64,000 nucleotides of DNA from Chrysomallon squamiferum (GCA_012295275.1 CM022670.1:34286001-34350000); one strand, 5' to 3'. Shown: positions 1 to 14,194, numbered from the stretch's first letter. A program made the numbers and translations. Notes: generated by a model not told the origin, from the letters alone.

Positions 1-680
<680 letters not shown>

Positions 681-2085
681 AAAAATGAAGAAGATCTGAG
701 AATCGGAAGACGAGGATATAAAACAAAAGTGTATAGGGACAAAGATAAGACGAAAGAGCGACGATGAATTCGAATATACGGCATTAGTATTGAAATGTAT
801 ATTAAATACGTATTATGTTTGTTTTTACACAGGGAATCTGAACGTAGATGTGATTTCTGACATTGTTAGTCCTATTTCGCTCTAATTTATTTTTTCTCGT
901 CTACGGTAAGGTGCACATCTGGTAGCATGATTCTTTCCTGGTACAAATACTACATCTGGCACATAATAATCATTAATCTTACAGTGTGTTGAAGCATCGT
1001 TAAATTTTCTTTCATTCATACGTGTAACGTATCAAAACAGATTTTTTTTTAAAATTTTATTTTTTTATAGTGTCTAAATGTAACTTGCCTCTCGTCAACC
1101 GGTTAACTTTAACGCCTGGACTACGTCACTATCTAGCAAAAGCATTTTCTGTGAAAGGAGCCGTTTGTGCCAAAGTGACTGGAGAGCTCAATTAACGAGT
1201 TGCCAGCCGCGCTTATTACAAGCGATATTTGTGACTCGCGAACAATTCGTCAATTTGCTGCAAAATCCCGCTACAATGCGAGAAACCAGGTTACGAGTGT
1301 TTGTCTGTTGTTGTCAAGTTAATTGAAGCCATCTTGTCTGAGTCGTGTGGCTGAGTGAATTGTTGTTGTGTTTGTAACTCAATTATCTCCGCTGTTTTTT
1401 TATCAGCTGTGCAATAATAATAAATTACGCGGTGTCGATTCAAATGTTAGATTCCTTTCTCCATTGACTGCTACCTCAATTATCCATCGTTATTTCTGAT
1501 TTCTGCACTTTCCATAAGGTATGTTTTCTTGTGTATGAGAAGGTCTATAATTCTGCTTATCGATGATTACAACTGGAGGAGAAGAAATAGCAAGTTTCCC
1601 CTTTCGTGTATTCATTATACAAAAAATATAATATATATATAAATATAAAAAATTATCAATATCTAAATAATAAATTATACGTATTGAAAAAGTTATTCAT
1701 TCATTTGTATTGTCAAAAGATGGGAACAACGCATATATAAAGGGCGTTTTTAAAAAAATACATTGAAGTTCGATACTATTAGCATTGTTCTTCTTGCTGA
1801 TGTAAGTTCTGAAAAGTCTACAAAGATTCGGGAACGCTTGACGTAACGTAAAAATTACGTTTTTCCCTGATCTTGGTTACGTTAACTTTCATCCTACATT
1901 AAAATATTACAGAAAAGGAAGATTTCGCTCAGTAGTAATTGTACCATAAATTCAAACTGCTAGACACATCCATCCTACTTGTTTCTCTGAATGCACATGT
2001 AATAAATGATCTATCAAAAAAAGACATTTTAAAAGATGGATTAAAGTCGCTCTGTATTTGTATATCTATCTGTCACTCTCCTCAT

Positions 2086-2100
2086 TCTCTCTCTCTCTTT

Positions 2101-2176
<76 letters not shown>
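2086..2176. repeat. (CT)n microsatellite
   Basis: Direct reading. Confidence 0.98.
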
Positions 2177-2179
<3 letters not shown>

Positions 2180-2820
2180 TTTATATATATGTTTATCGAT
2201 ACATCTATCAGCTTGTCTGTTTGTATATTCATTTATCTGTCTGTCTATTTATACATCTGTTTGTCTGTCCGCATATCTGTCTTTCTGTATAATCTATTTC
2301 TCTGTCAGTTTTTTCTAATAATAACTTATTCATCTATCGTCCTTCCTCTACAACATATTATCCCTTTCTTTAATAAGTTGCCCTTTAAGGTACATCAAAT
2401 TAAACTAAAAACTTCCTAATCAGTTAGTTTGGAATAAAATATCTTTTCCTAATAAGAATATAATAAAACGATAGAAAAAAAAAAGAAAAAAAAAGACACT
2501 CTCCCCCAACATAAAAAAAAAAGAAATAAAAAAAAAAAAAAAAAGAAAAGGAAAATATAAATGTTAAAGTTCTTATTATATTTCGTTTTAGTCTGGTTTC
2601 TGGATATGACATTAACGGTTAACGAGGCATGTATTCTGTGACTGCTCGGTTAGCGGTGGACAGCAATTTATCAAACGACTTCTTTTCATCATTTCATGCC
2701 ACGCGTCTTGTCGCAAGTTGACGGCAGTGTTCAGTCGTGACAGATAGTCGGTGGAAAAAGAATCTTTAATTTAAGGTTATTAATTTACAGGGTCGTTTCC
2801 GATACGGGCCCAATTTCAGT

Positions 2821-2854
<34 letters not shown>

Positions 2855-2899
2855 TCCCCTTATTATCACCATATCTGGAAATTCTTCATGAAAATTAAT

Positions 2900-2902
<3 letters not shown>

Positions 2903-2987
<85 letters not shown>
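2903..2987. repeat. (GA)n microsatellite
   Basis: Direct reading. Confidence 0.98.
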
Positions 2988-2990
<3 letters not shown>

Positions 2991-3163
2991 TGATATTTAG
3001 CTGTAATTTGCTATAGTCTGTAACACTGAGACTATAAAATTATATTTTCTATTCAATCAGTACTCCAGTTTCATAAGATTTCTTAAATAAACAGATGAAT
3101 GAATGAATAAATCCATTTAATTATTAAATTAAATTAATATATAAATAAAAATATATATATACG

Positions 3164-3217
<54 letters not shown>

Positions 3218-3230
3218 GTTATTATTATTA
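3164..3230. repeat. (ATT)n microsatellite
   Basis: Direct reading. Confidence 0.97.
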
Positions 3231-3635
3231 TGGATTATTATCATCATCATTCCGAACATTTTAAATTGAATGAAGTGAACTTCACGTGGAGGCCATTTCA
3301 CCCACATCGAAGGATGTTTTCCTATAAGACGGTCGATGAACAAGACTTGAAACAAAGCTGCTTGATTAGACTGGCATCATTCACTAATTGGAAAGAGCGA
3401 CGTTTCCGATGTGGCTCTCCATACCAATTTGTTGCTCTGATGAAAGACTTTCCCATGTAATCCTTTTATTCACCTGCACCATTCGCTGCGTACGGTTTAA
3501 TTGAATGAATCGATTTACATAGCTTAATTTATTCACACTGCACAATCAGTTAACCAACATGGATTCATTATTTATTAAGTTAGAAATTCTTAATTAGTAA
3601 ATATAGTAACAGAGTTTCGTTTATATTTCTTAAGT

Positions 3636-4280
3636 TGCGTTTTAGTTCAGATTTGTCAAGGTTGGTTTTTAGTTTAAATTTGTTAAAACTGGTTTTGGTT
3701 TAGTTTAGATTTCGTAAGAGCGGTTTTTGTTCAGATTTGTTAAGTTGGGTTTTTTGTTTAGATTTGTTAAGTTGGGTTTTAGTTTATTTTTGTTAAGTTT
3801 GGTTTTAGTTTAGATTTGTTAAATTTAATTTTACTTTATACCTGTTAAGTTTGGTTTAATTTAAAGCTGTTAAGTTTGGTTTTAATTTAAATTTTTAAGG
3901 TTTGGTTTTAGTTTAGATCAGTTAAGTTGGGTTTTAGTTTAGACTTGTTAAGTTTGGTGTTGGTTTAGATTTTTTAAGTTTAATTTTAGTCTATACCTGT
4001 TAAGTTGGGTTTAATTTAAAGCTGTTAAGTTTGGTTTTAGTTTAGATTTTTAAAGTTTGGTTTTTGTTTAGATTTTTAATGTTTGGTTTCAGTTTAGATT
4101 TTAGTTTAATTTTAATTTGATTTTAGTTTATACCTGTTAAGTTTGGTTTAATTTAAAGCCGATAAGTTTGTTAAGTTTAGATTTTTAATGTTTGGTTTTA
4201 GTTTAGATTTTTAATGTTTGGTTTTAGTTTAGATTTCTTAAGTTTGGTTTTAGTTTAGATTTCTTAAGTTTGGTTTTTCT
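3636..4280. repeat. Degenerate ~27-bp T-rich minisatellite
   Basis: Recurring unit TTTTAGTTTAGATTT(G/C/T)TTAAGTTTGGT with an interspersed variant (TATACCTGTTAAG...TTAATTTAAAGC). Confidence 0.9.
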
Positions 4281-6664
4281 TAGTACTCCACAACTGTTTT
4301 GACAAACGCCTTGATACAAGTAAAAGTTCATACGAAATATCGCTTGCTGCTAAGTGAAAAGAGATCTTGGCATTGCTGTCTAATGCTGTTATTACAGGGA
4401 AAACGTATATTTGTCGCCTAGTAACAAGTAACAGGATAAAGTGTTAAACCCACATTAATAATGTAATAATGGACATCGTGGTTGTTTTTGTGGCCAGTTT
4501 GTTATTTTCTCTTTTAAAACAAATTAATTGTTATGATTATGATGACGTTGGTGATTCTTTTCTTGTTTTTTTGTTGTTGTTTTTGTTCTTTTTATATTAC
4601 TATTAATAAAGGTTAAAGTAATGCGAGCAAATATTATTAATAGCAGCTGAGTTCTTTAGCAGTGAATGGTTATTGTTTTAAGTTTGTAACGGACATTTCC
4701 TTTTTCTTATTTTTTTTCTTATTTTTTTTTTTTTTTTCTCTTCGAGGTCACTCTTTGCTTCATTCTTTCAGTTTTGATATTTTTCTGAGAGACACCTGGA
4801 CAATATCATTTGTAATGGACGTTTTAATTGTTGTTTCGCCTTTTGTTTTAATTTTCTTCTTTACTTTGCAGTGTGAATAAAATCGGAAACCGTTTTTGCT
4901 GAAAGGTCAAGCATTAAGTGTTTTTCCATTTCCATTTCGTTTCGTATTAACAAGATTTAGTTCGGCGGTTAACATCAAATTACTCTGAACAGTTATAGTC
5001 AGGGTCTGTCAACTAGACAAATAAGAACTTTATATGTTTCGCCTACGCTGTATTTATAATATTCAGCTTTTTTTTTTTTTTTTTTGACCCACAGGCCTTT
5101 TTTCTCTGCCTACTCAGTCTGGCCAAACATAGAGATCGTTGAGTAACACTTTCAGAGTAGAAGACATCGTTTTTGTTTTTTGTTTTTTTCCCTTCAGAAT
5201 TAGGATTTGACAGTCAAAGGTTTGTTACACAACTGTTTAATATTTTCGTTTATTTATTCATTGTGCACATCAAGGCTGGAGATGTGAAACAGATCATTAC
5301 GTGGACTGGAATTAGTTTACGCCTCCACAAAAAAAAGAAAAAACCAAAAAAATTACTAATATGTTAATATTTTTGTCGATTATTTTTGGGGATAAGTGTT
5401 ATGATTCATGTAGCTGCTAACCATTTTTCTGTCTGCGATAAAAACAGTAATGGTAGGCGTTACGACAAAAATAATCCTTTGTCCTTGCAAAAAGATTAAA
5501 TATAAATAATAATAAAAAAATAAAAAACCTCCCCAGTAAATACAAATAAAAAATACATCACAGGTTATATAGGCTAACTTTTCCAAATCTTTCTTTATGT
5601 ATACGTGAGTGTGAATTTTTGTGTGCCTATGTTTGTGAGAAAATGTATATATATATAAACTGGAATTAAAAATAAATCTGGTATTTTAAAAAATAAATGA
5701 AAATGCTCAAAGGTGACAGTTTCCTTTACAAACTCATCAAAACAAGTTTCTTATTTTTCTCCATGTGTAACTGCTAACGGGTTAGATTTTTAATTGTAAA
5801 AATCTACGTTTCTCGCATTTCTCCTTCGACATCAAACGGTTCAGAAATAGCGATTCAATGTGCCGAAACTCCATTACACGAGCGAGAAAAGATTATTTAT
5901 TGCAGAAGAGCGATTTTTAACAATGTCAGGAAAAACAGAGAACACAAACAGAAGGTTAGCAGAATATCAGCCAGTTTCAAAAAGCGATGCTTAACGGGTA
6001 GAAATGTCTAAAGTTAGAACAGTAGTTGGTGGGTTTCAAAACACAAAGTAAATTCTAAAAACATTACGTGACAGTAACATTGCATTATTCATAATGTTTG
6101 TCAAAGTCATAATTACAATGATGATCTCGCTCGAAGGCACCTAAGTAAGTTATGAAGTTGAGTGACCTGGCAAACTGTTAAAGATTACGTTCAGTGAACT
6201 GAATGAACTGAATGAATGAATGAATGAATGAACGTTCAACGACTTCCCAGCTGAAAAAAACCTTGAAAAAACTAATTGGTTATCAGATGTCTGACAGACG
6301 TATGAAAATAATTTACACATAAAATTAAATAGTAAGACAGTAAAAAAAAATTCAAAAGTTTATCAAACACAGCGTAAAGAGGTGTGCAAACTATTAGTAC
6401 CAGATTTAACTGGTACATAAGATTTATTATAAAAGGACGTTTTCTTTCAGAAAGTTAGCAAAAGATTCGGATAGAATCTAAACGTTTTCACTGCATCGTA
6501 TGTGTTCAGTGAACTGATGAACATAATTATGGGTTTTTTCTGCTTTAAGCTATCGCTATTTCGGTCACCATCACACACTATTAGTGGATTTGATCTTACA
6601 TTATTCAGTTCCCAAAATATCTCTCTGTGGTGAGCAACATTACACCGTACATTTGTGCTTCTCA

Positions 6665-6860
6665 GAATAAACGAATAAATATTTAATGACAGCGCAACAC
6701 ATTTTAAAATTAACAGTTTCTGAGGGTTTTATATGTGGTTGTAGTGTAATAATTACAGGAGATACGATATGATCTGCTGCACTGTATTAGCCAGTTTTAT
6801 ATGCAAGCATCAAGGGTTCTTTTATCTGCATCTGCTCAGAGCCTTTCTTGATTCAGTTAC
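6665..6860 (-). mobile_element. Decayed SINE copy inside the GPCR intron
   Basis: GCATCAAGGGTTCTTTTATCTGCA is the revcomp of the TGCATATAAAAGATCCCTTG core. It is preceded by a TTTAATGACAGCGCAACACATTT tail-like segment. Confidence 0.45.
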
Positions 6861-7241
6861 TATATTTCTCATACGTAGGTGCTCTACTTCAGAATAGATT
6901 TTCCAACCCACGAATAAAGGGAAAGTTTTATCTAATTTAAATCTGTCTAATCAATAAATTTAATTTAACAAATTCGATATGCGTTTAATGTTTCTCAGTC
7001 ATCACTATTCGATTTTTTTTTATTTTTTAAGACATCTCACTCACTCTCTCTCTTTCTTTCTTTGCTCACGTTTTTTTTTTTTTTTTTTTTTTTTTCCCCT
7101 CTTCTTTTGTGTTTGGTCTTGGTTTGATTCTAATAGTATGGAATGAAATAAACTCGATATCTGTGTATGAGGTTAGGGTACTAAATCTAATGAATGTAAT
7201 CTAATAGTGATATATAAGGAAAATACAGTTAACTAAATGTG

Positions 7242-7247
7242 ACTCAC
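7242..7247 (-). promoter_or_regulatory. 5' splice donor GTGAGT of the GPCR intron (intron likely extends past position 1)
   Basis: Strong consensus AG|GTGAGT at the E/DRY Arg codon. I recognised no TM3-TM7 coding sequence in 1-7247. Confidence 0.9.
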
Positions 7248-7747
7248 CTTTCTATGCTAACTGCTGTAAAATTCATTATGGACGCCAGCGCTGATAACAT
7301 TTCCACGGTGGCTGACAGTTTACAAAGGACAGGGCCAATCTCCCAGCCTCCTATGAAGTACCTGGAGGTTTCAAAAGGGACACACACAATCAGGTAAAGC
7401 AGATCAGCAATCGCAAGACTGACCATAAAGGACGCCGTCACACTGCGCGATTTGCGGTCACCCAACATCGCGAAAATCACTAGTGAATTGCCAATTAGTC
7501 CGATCACGAAAGCCGTGCCATACACGATCACCGTAGGGATGAAGTTCGGTTCCTGAATCCATGGTTTCTCTAGCTGTGAAAGATCGCCGTCGTAGTAGAA
7601 GTAGTTGCCGTCGAATCGTTGAGCAAGCAGGTCGGAATCTTCCAAAATTAGTGATCCGACGTCAGTGTCGTTCAAATTCGGAGAAATCCGGACTGGAACG
7701 GGCTCGTTCGTAACATTTGTGTTCATAACCATATCGGTCTTGTACAT
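7248..7747 (-). CDS. First coding exon of a class A (rhodopsin-like) neuropeptide GPCR: N-terminus plus TM1-TM3. Galanin/allatostatin-A/CCK/QRFP-receptor-like; ligand family not resolved. Partial gene, remaining exons outside the window.
   Basis: The translation has N-glycosylation sequons (NVT, NDT), TM1 'VYGTAFVIGLIGNSLV' (GN), TM2 'SLAIADLL..VCVP' (LAxAD and Pro), ECL1 'WEIGPVLCK' (WxxG..C disulfide Cys) and TM3 ending 'SIER'. The ORF stop (TGA 7246-7244) lies inside a canonical donor AG|GTGAGT (intron starts 7247), i.e. a phase-2 intron in the Arg of E-R-Y. An in-frame TGA at 7759-7757 makes 7747 the first usable Met. Confidence 0.95.
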
Positions 7748-7776
7748 CGAAACTGATCAGTTGTATTCATCCATCG

Positions 7777-7800
7777 CTACAAAAAAATCAATGAATTAGA
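7777..7800 (-). promoter_or_regulatory. 3' splice site (branch point, poly-T, TAG) preceding the GPCR coding exon, implying upstream non-coding 5'UTR exon(s)
   Basis: The minus strand reads TCTAATTCATTGATTTTTTTGTAG|CGATGG: branch-like CTAAT at 7799-7795, a T7 tract, AG at 7778-7777, exon start 7776. Confidence 0.65.
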
Positions 7801-7824
7801 AAACGACCCCCCAAAAAATAAAAA

Positions 7825-7865
<41 letters not shown>

Positions 7866-8130
7866 TGTTGAAAGATCATTCACAAACAACCAGTGAGGTA
7901 AAAAGCCGGACAAATTGAAGACTTTATATGAACGTCAGGATAAATAAACAATACATTCAACATGTCAGTCATAACGGAACACGTGGACTTGCTCGAATCT
8001 GGAAGATCCATCGATCGCTTCTGATATGAAATCATTATGAACTCCGAAGACGACGTTAGACCAATTGGGAAAGGTATTCTTCCGTTAAAATATACACAAC
8101 TTCTGTTTTCTCAAAGAAAATAAACGCCCC

Positions 8131-8136
8131 TAATAA

Positions 8137-8198
<62 letters not shown>
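8131..8198. repeat. (TAA)n microsatellite
   Basis: Direct reading. Confidence 0.97.
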
Positions 8199-8780
8199 TA
8201 AACCGTCTAGGTGTATGAATCAGATTCCATAAGAAAATGTCAACTGTATGAAATAGTTTGCCAAAGGCAAAAAGAGAACCAAGAATGGGTAGATTCCAAG
8301 AACGCCAAAGCCTTCTGAAAAACCACTTAGGGCTACAAAAATTTTCTCTCCCTCTCTCTCTCTCTCAAGAGGTGTAACTTTCAGAACGACAGTAAAAACG
8401 TCTGCAGCTCCAATGACAATGAAACATCACCGTCGATAAGATTATAAGGTTAGATCTTCGCCTGGTCGGCCTCTGAACGACAACCAACCATTCTCTCTGT
8501 TGCATATTTATCAGGATGTCTCTGCCGGTAGAGGATAAACGATAGAAATTAAGAACACGTTTTGCTGTACTGGCGTAAGAAAAACTGTACCGCCACATGC
8601 AGTATGTGAGGCAAGCGTTTCCTGGCGTATTGGAAAAAACTTTTTTTTCAAAACTCAGTTTGTATTGGTTTGTTTGTTTTTGGTTGTATACAAATAGTCT
8701 CGTGTAATATATCCTGTTTTTTTTGGGGGGGTTTCCGTTGTTAATTGTAAGCTCTGCAGAAAGATTATTTATTTTACTGT

Positions 8781-8882
<102 letters not shown>

Positions 8883-11800
8883 TTTAAAATTAGCAGAACA
8901 TTTTTCTGAGTATCCGTACAAAACGTTTTATAAACTTAAAGTTAAAAGGAAGAAAGAAAGAAAGAAAGAATTGAAAGCAACCTTAATATAATCTGAATAT
9001 AAAGAAGAATCCAGTTTTATTACTTTAGCTGTTTTAAATCAGAAACACAAACATCTACGCGAGCCTTTAAAAAAAAAAAATAATAATAATAAAAAAATCC
9101 CTGTTTACATTAATATTATTATTATTACTTCAACTACTACTACTGTTACTACTAGTACGTCTACTACTGTTACTACTACTTCTACTATTACTACTACTAC
9201 TACTTAGAATTTAACAAACAAAACAGGTTTCTGTATTAAAAGAATAAAAATTATATTATAACACTACATCTAATGTGTTTACAGTGAAAGCGGTGAATGA
9301 TAAACATTGTGACAAAGATTGGATTCTGGACTGAGCAATGTAATAATTTGTAGCTAAAAACCCTTCACTACATCCACATATATTTGACGAAAAGAAGATG
9401 CATAAATAATTTTTAAGTTATAAATATAAGAATACGTAACTGATTATACAAAGTAAAGATAATGCTTTAAAATCCTTTCTGTATTCAATATTGTAATTCC
9501 ATTCGGTAATGACAGTACAAGATACTCAGTGAAATTAATATTTCACATCAAAGATTTTATTTTAGTATCCTGTGTACTATTAAAATGAGGCGTGTGGTCT
9601 TGTATATAAATAGTTTTTAAGATACGTGCTTTTACTCGACGTAAATATATTAATCTGTTAGAAAGGTAATAAAAACGATGAGAGAAAAGTAGATTTCTTT
9701 CTTAGTAACTAAGAAAACTATTCTATTTTTGGATATATACTTGTGAATGTGTTTATGTATTCGTATAGTTGAATTTATGGATATAGGTGCGAGCCTGTAT
9801 ATGTTTGCTTTGACGTACATTTTGTATGTGATATTGTATGTGTATGTGTGTGAGTGTCTGAATAAACAGAGAGAACCATATGTATGTGTGTATGATGCGT
9901 GTTGGTATATGTGTACGTGCACGTGGGTATGTGTGTGTATGTGTGTATGCGTATCTGTATGTCAACATACGTGTATGTATGTTTGTGAACGCAAAAATAA
10001 TCTGTTTTTATTAACATTTTCTCTTTATTTTGTCTTTATTTTTTTATTCTCTTGTCATTGCATTTTACAACTACACATTATACACTTTCATCATCAGACA
10101 ATCTCAGTCTATGAAAACACGTGTCTTCTAACATTAATACATCTTATATCAAAGCCGCTGATTAAACCGTATTCCAAGCCGATGTAAAACAAACAGAATG
10201 TTCCCTGTCAGCCGCGTTGTAAGATCATTGGTAATCGTTAAGTTAATATATAACACTGAAAAATAAATCTAGCATGCTTGCTTTTCATGCAGATTTCATA
10301 TCTCAAGTCTGAAAATCTATTACAGGGACGGAATTCTCGTTACTTCGAAAATGTTTTCCAAGTACTCTAGAGATAACGCTGTACTGGCGTAGGAAGCACG
10401 GATTTCACTTACATTTGCAACAGTCAATACTTGAGTCTTTTTCGTTTTGCATGTCTGCTGGACTTAGAGACGTGAAGAACCGTACACAGTAACGTCTACA
10501 CACAACAGACAGTTTGCTTATCTCTTTTTACCTTTTAAATGCCGAGACTGTTTATTAAACTGACAGATTTAAGAATATGAATATCTCATATTACGTACTT
10601 TTATTTTTTTTTTTTTTTTTTGCATTGCTTGAATGTGTCAAAGACATGCGTAATTTGATTCTTAATTAACGTAATTTTGAGAAACAGGTGCAGAATAAAA
10701 TATAAATCATTTGGCCTCAAACAAGTGCAAGATAAACTTTAAAAGAAAATTTGCAAAGATTTTTCTATTAATAATTGGTTTTATGTTGCTGAGACCTTTT
10801 TATTATTACCTCTTTTTTTTTTAAGGTGTCTATCTGTGTACATATTCAAATGTTAAATAAATGATATGGCAATGAAATAAATTAAGACAAATCGGTACTA
10901 TAATATAATATTCCTTTGAAACTACCTTTGTTTTATTATTATTATTATTATTATTATTACCTCATTATTTATTTATTTGATTTAATTCATTGATTTGTTT
11001 ATAATATATATACTTCAAAACTCAAACCCTACTGTTTATACAAAATGCAGTTTCGTTGATGCTATTTTTTTGTTTGTCTGTTGTTGTTACTGTTTGTTTT
11101 TCGTTTTTAATTATTTATTTTTGCAGTTTGTTTTTTTGGTTCTGTTTTTTTTTAATTTTTTTTAGTCGTTTGTTTTTTTTTTGTTTTGTTTTGTTTTGTG
11201 TTTAATTCATGAAATAAAATAAAAAATAGTTTGTGCCTTACGCTGCATATAGCATACATAGAGCAAGTACTTTCACTTGTTTTAGCGCTGACTGCTATCA
11301 GATGGGGAATTTTTATTGTTTGTGTATTTTTATATAAAATACCTGTCCAAAAAAAAAAAAATATTCATATGGTTTTAATATGTCACATAAATGCAGCCCT
11401 GGAATACTGTATCGAGTTATGAAGACTGTAACATCGACCTGTGTTTTGAGGTTAACGAATATCTTACTAGAAATCTGCTTGCTGGTTGTTACTGTGTGTC
11501 AAATATGGCTTCTCTGAATCAAAAACATACCTGATGCAAGATACTTACTGATTTAATTTGATGTCACCATTATCCATCAAGATTTAACATACCTGTTATA
11601 TTATCCCAAATACAAATACATTAATTAAGTTAACAATGTTTGACCGACCGAGAAACTAGTTTATTATATAATCAAATAAATAAATCATACTGTTAAAAAG
11701 AGAAAACGGAGACCAAAATACAGAAAATTTTGTAAAATGAGAAAATTGTTTTGAAAACAAGTCTTCTCAAATCGTTGTTCGTTTCTTTCGTATCCACATG

Positions 11801-12459
11801 GAAACATGAATCATTTGTTGTTGTTTTTTGTTTTGTTTTTCTTCCCTGTTTAAACAGTCGACAGAGTTAATGAATTATTCAGTCAAATACAATAGCTTCT
11901 TCCTTTTTACAACAATACTCTGTAGAGTTCATGGCTGTTACAGGATATTTGTTTATTAACGTTATTTCAGATCCACGCTATTTGTGACATGAACAAACCG
12001 ATATTTTTTATAACAGGTACACTTCATTAACCTGTACTGTCTGATATCAGATTCCAAATTCCAAATTCTATTTCCATAGCAGCGAAGATGATGCATTTCT
12101 TGACTTATATAACAATACAGTAACTTTTTATCGTAGTTCATTTCTATTTTTTTTCGCCTGCCACTTTCTTGCTTCGCAGTGAAGTCGTTTGTGATTTGTA
12201 CATATTGTTATTAATATTTATTCAGTTTCACTTATCTAGACAAGTTCATGAATTATACAGATCAATATTTCTTTGTTTCCATGTCTGATTGATAACTTAG
12301 CTATAACGCTGATTCAATTTGATATCGATGTATTTCTTTATTTTTATTTTTTGTTTTTAATTTTTTTAATTTTTTGGACGGGACATAATTGGTTTTCTGT
12401 TTTTAATTGCTACAGTTCACGACTTTTGTAATCCAAAACTAATGTTTTTGCAGTAATTT

Positions 12460-12955
12460 TTTTCATATCAACACGTTCTGTTTAATGCATAGATCATTCT
12501 TGATTGATATCAAAAGTTTCTTCATTCATTTGCGTTCATACCAGGATATTCTGTGAAAAATTCGCAGATCATATTTACTGGTGTCTGTATTTCAACATAC
12601 TTTGTTTCAAATCCACACGTTCTGTCAAATTCATAGATCATGTTTCCTAACATCAGTGTTTCTACACACATTCTGCAAAATTCGTGAGTCCATTCTGACT
12701 GATATCAATATTTGTAAAATTTATTTCATATCAGTACATTCTGTAAAATTCATGGGTCGTATTCACTGATTTCTATAAACATATGTTTTATAACCACATA
12801 TTCTGAAAAATGTATAGATCATGTTTAACTGATATTAATGTTTCTACGAGCATTTGTTTCATATCAATGCTTTCTGCAGAATTCATGGGTCCATACTGAT
12901 TGATATCAATGTTTCGAATTTGTTTCGTGTCAACACATTCTACGTAATTCGTGAC
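12460..12955. repeat. Old degenerate tandem repeat, ~60-75 bp unit, about 8 copies
   Basis: Recurring TTTCATATCAACACATTCTG..AAATTCATAGATCAT...ACTGATATCAAT module. Confidence 0.75.
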
Positions 12956-13651
12956 TTACAAAGACCTGTGACTTACTGAGACCATTTTGCTGCAGTCTGG
13001 TACGAGACATCAAAATGACTTGATCGGCAAATGTGCGTTGTCGACAGAAACGTCGAGTCGTCTGATCCAAATCTATCACTTCCTCTTCTTTTTATATCTG
13101 TCTTTAATTACACGATAAACTAATAATTCACAGCACCAGTTTGCGGTGTCGGTGATAAATACAATTAGGCGAAATGTTCGGCTAAAATGTTGCTAGTTAA
13201 GTAGCGAATCAACGCGAATCATTGTTGTGTATTTTGATATGAAAACGGAGAAAAGCTTTAGGCTACGTATTATATATTCTGGATGTGGAAACGAGTCGTG
13301 AAATTAGTTCCTTATTTCCATGTATGCAACGAATGCGTATTTATTTGTTGGTGTCATAACTGAATCAGGGAATTAATAACGAATGTATATATCATCAGCA
13401 AGCTTCGTAAATGAAATTTTCTTAATCCTGAAATATACAGCAGTAGCGATGGACAGCACAGTTCGTCATGCTAATTGAATTTGATTTTATTATCATGTTT
13501 ACTGTTAGAAAATTCTCTGCAAAACTAATCGTAATTTAATGCTGCAATGATCACTCCTCCAGACAAATAAAATGAAACTCAATACATACGTGGTTAGACA
13601 TTTTATAGTCGAAACTCGAATATTTCTTGATAGCTTAAACAGAGATGTTTG

Positions 13652-13772
<121 letters not shown>

Positions 13773-14194
13773 TGATATAATTTGTATATGTGTGTCACTA
13801 TCTCATTTTGTCTGCCTCTTGTTCTCTTTATAATAGTACAAAGTTATTTGCATATACGTATTTACGTGCTTTAGTTTATGTGAGTCTTTGTATATGTGCA
13901 TCTGCATTAAAAATAGATAAGGTTCAAAAGATATATCCTTTCAGAAATAGAGAATTAATGTTCTGTGTGATATAAACAGCACGTTTTTCTCATTCAGTAA
14001 TAAATCAATATTAAAATAATGATGATAATAATAATAAAGACTTTTTTATTTTCTTGTAGATGGTTCAAGAACAATCATTTGAGATAACGGAGATAATGCT
14101 GTTGTAACCAAGATAATTCTGCAAGCAATGTGTCATTTTACTTTAAACAAATGAAAATCCTCTGTAATGAAAAATATTAAGTATTTTTTCAAAA

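Noticed and set aside
3230-3460. ORF containing RLASFTNW, resembling the start of a BIR (IAP) domain
   Set aside because: It lacks the following Pro, the G-F/Y motif and the CX2C...H...C zinc ligands. The ORF begins in an ATT repeat and lies antisense within the GPCR intron.
7244-7247. TGA as the true stop of a truncated 167-aa, 3-TM receptor or pseudogene
   Set aside because: The TGA is part of the GTGAGT splice donor at a commonly conserved intron position.
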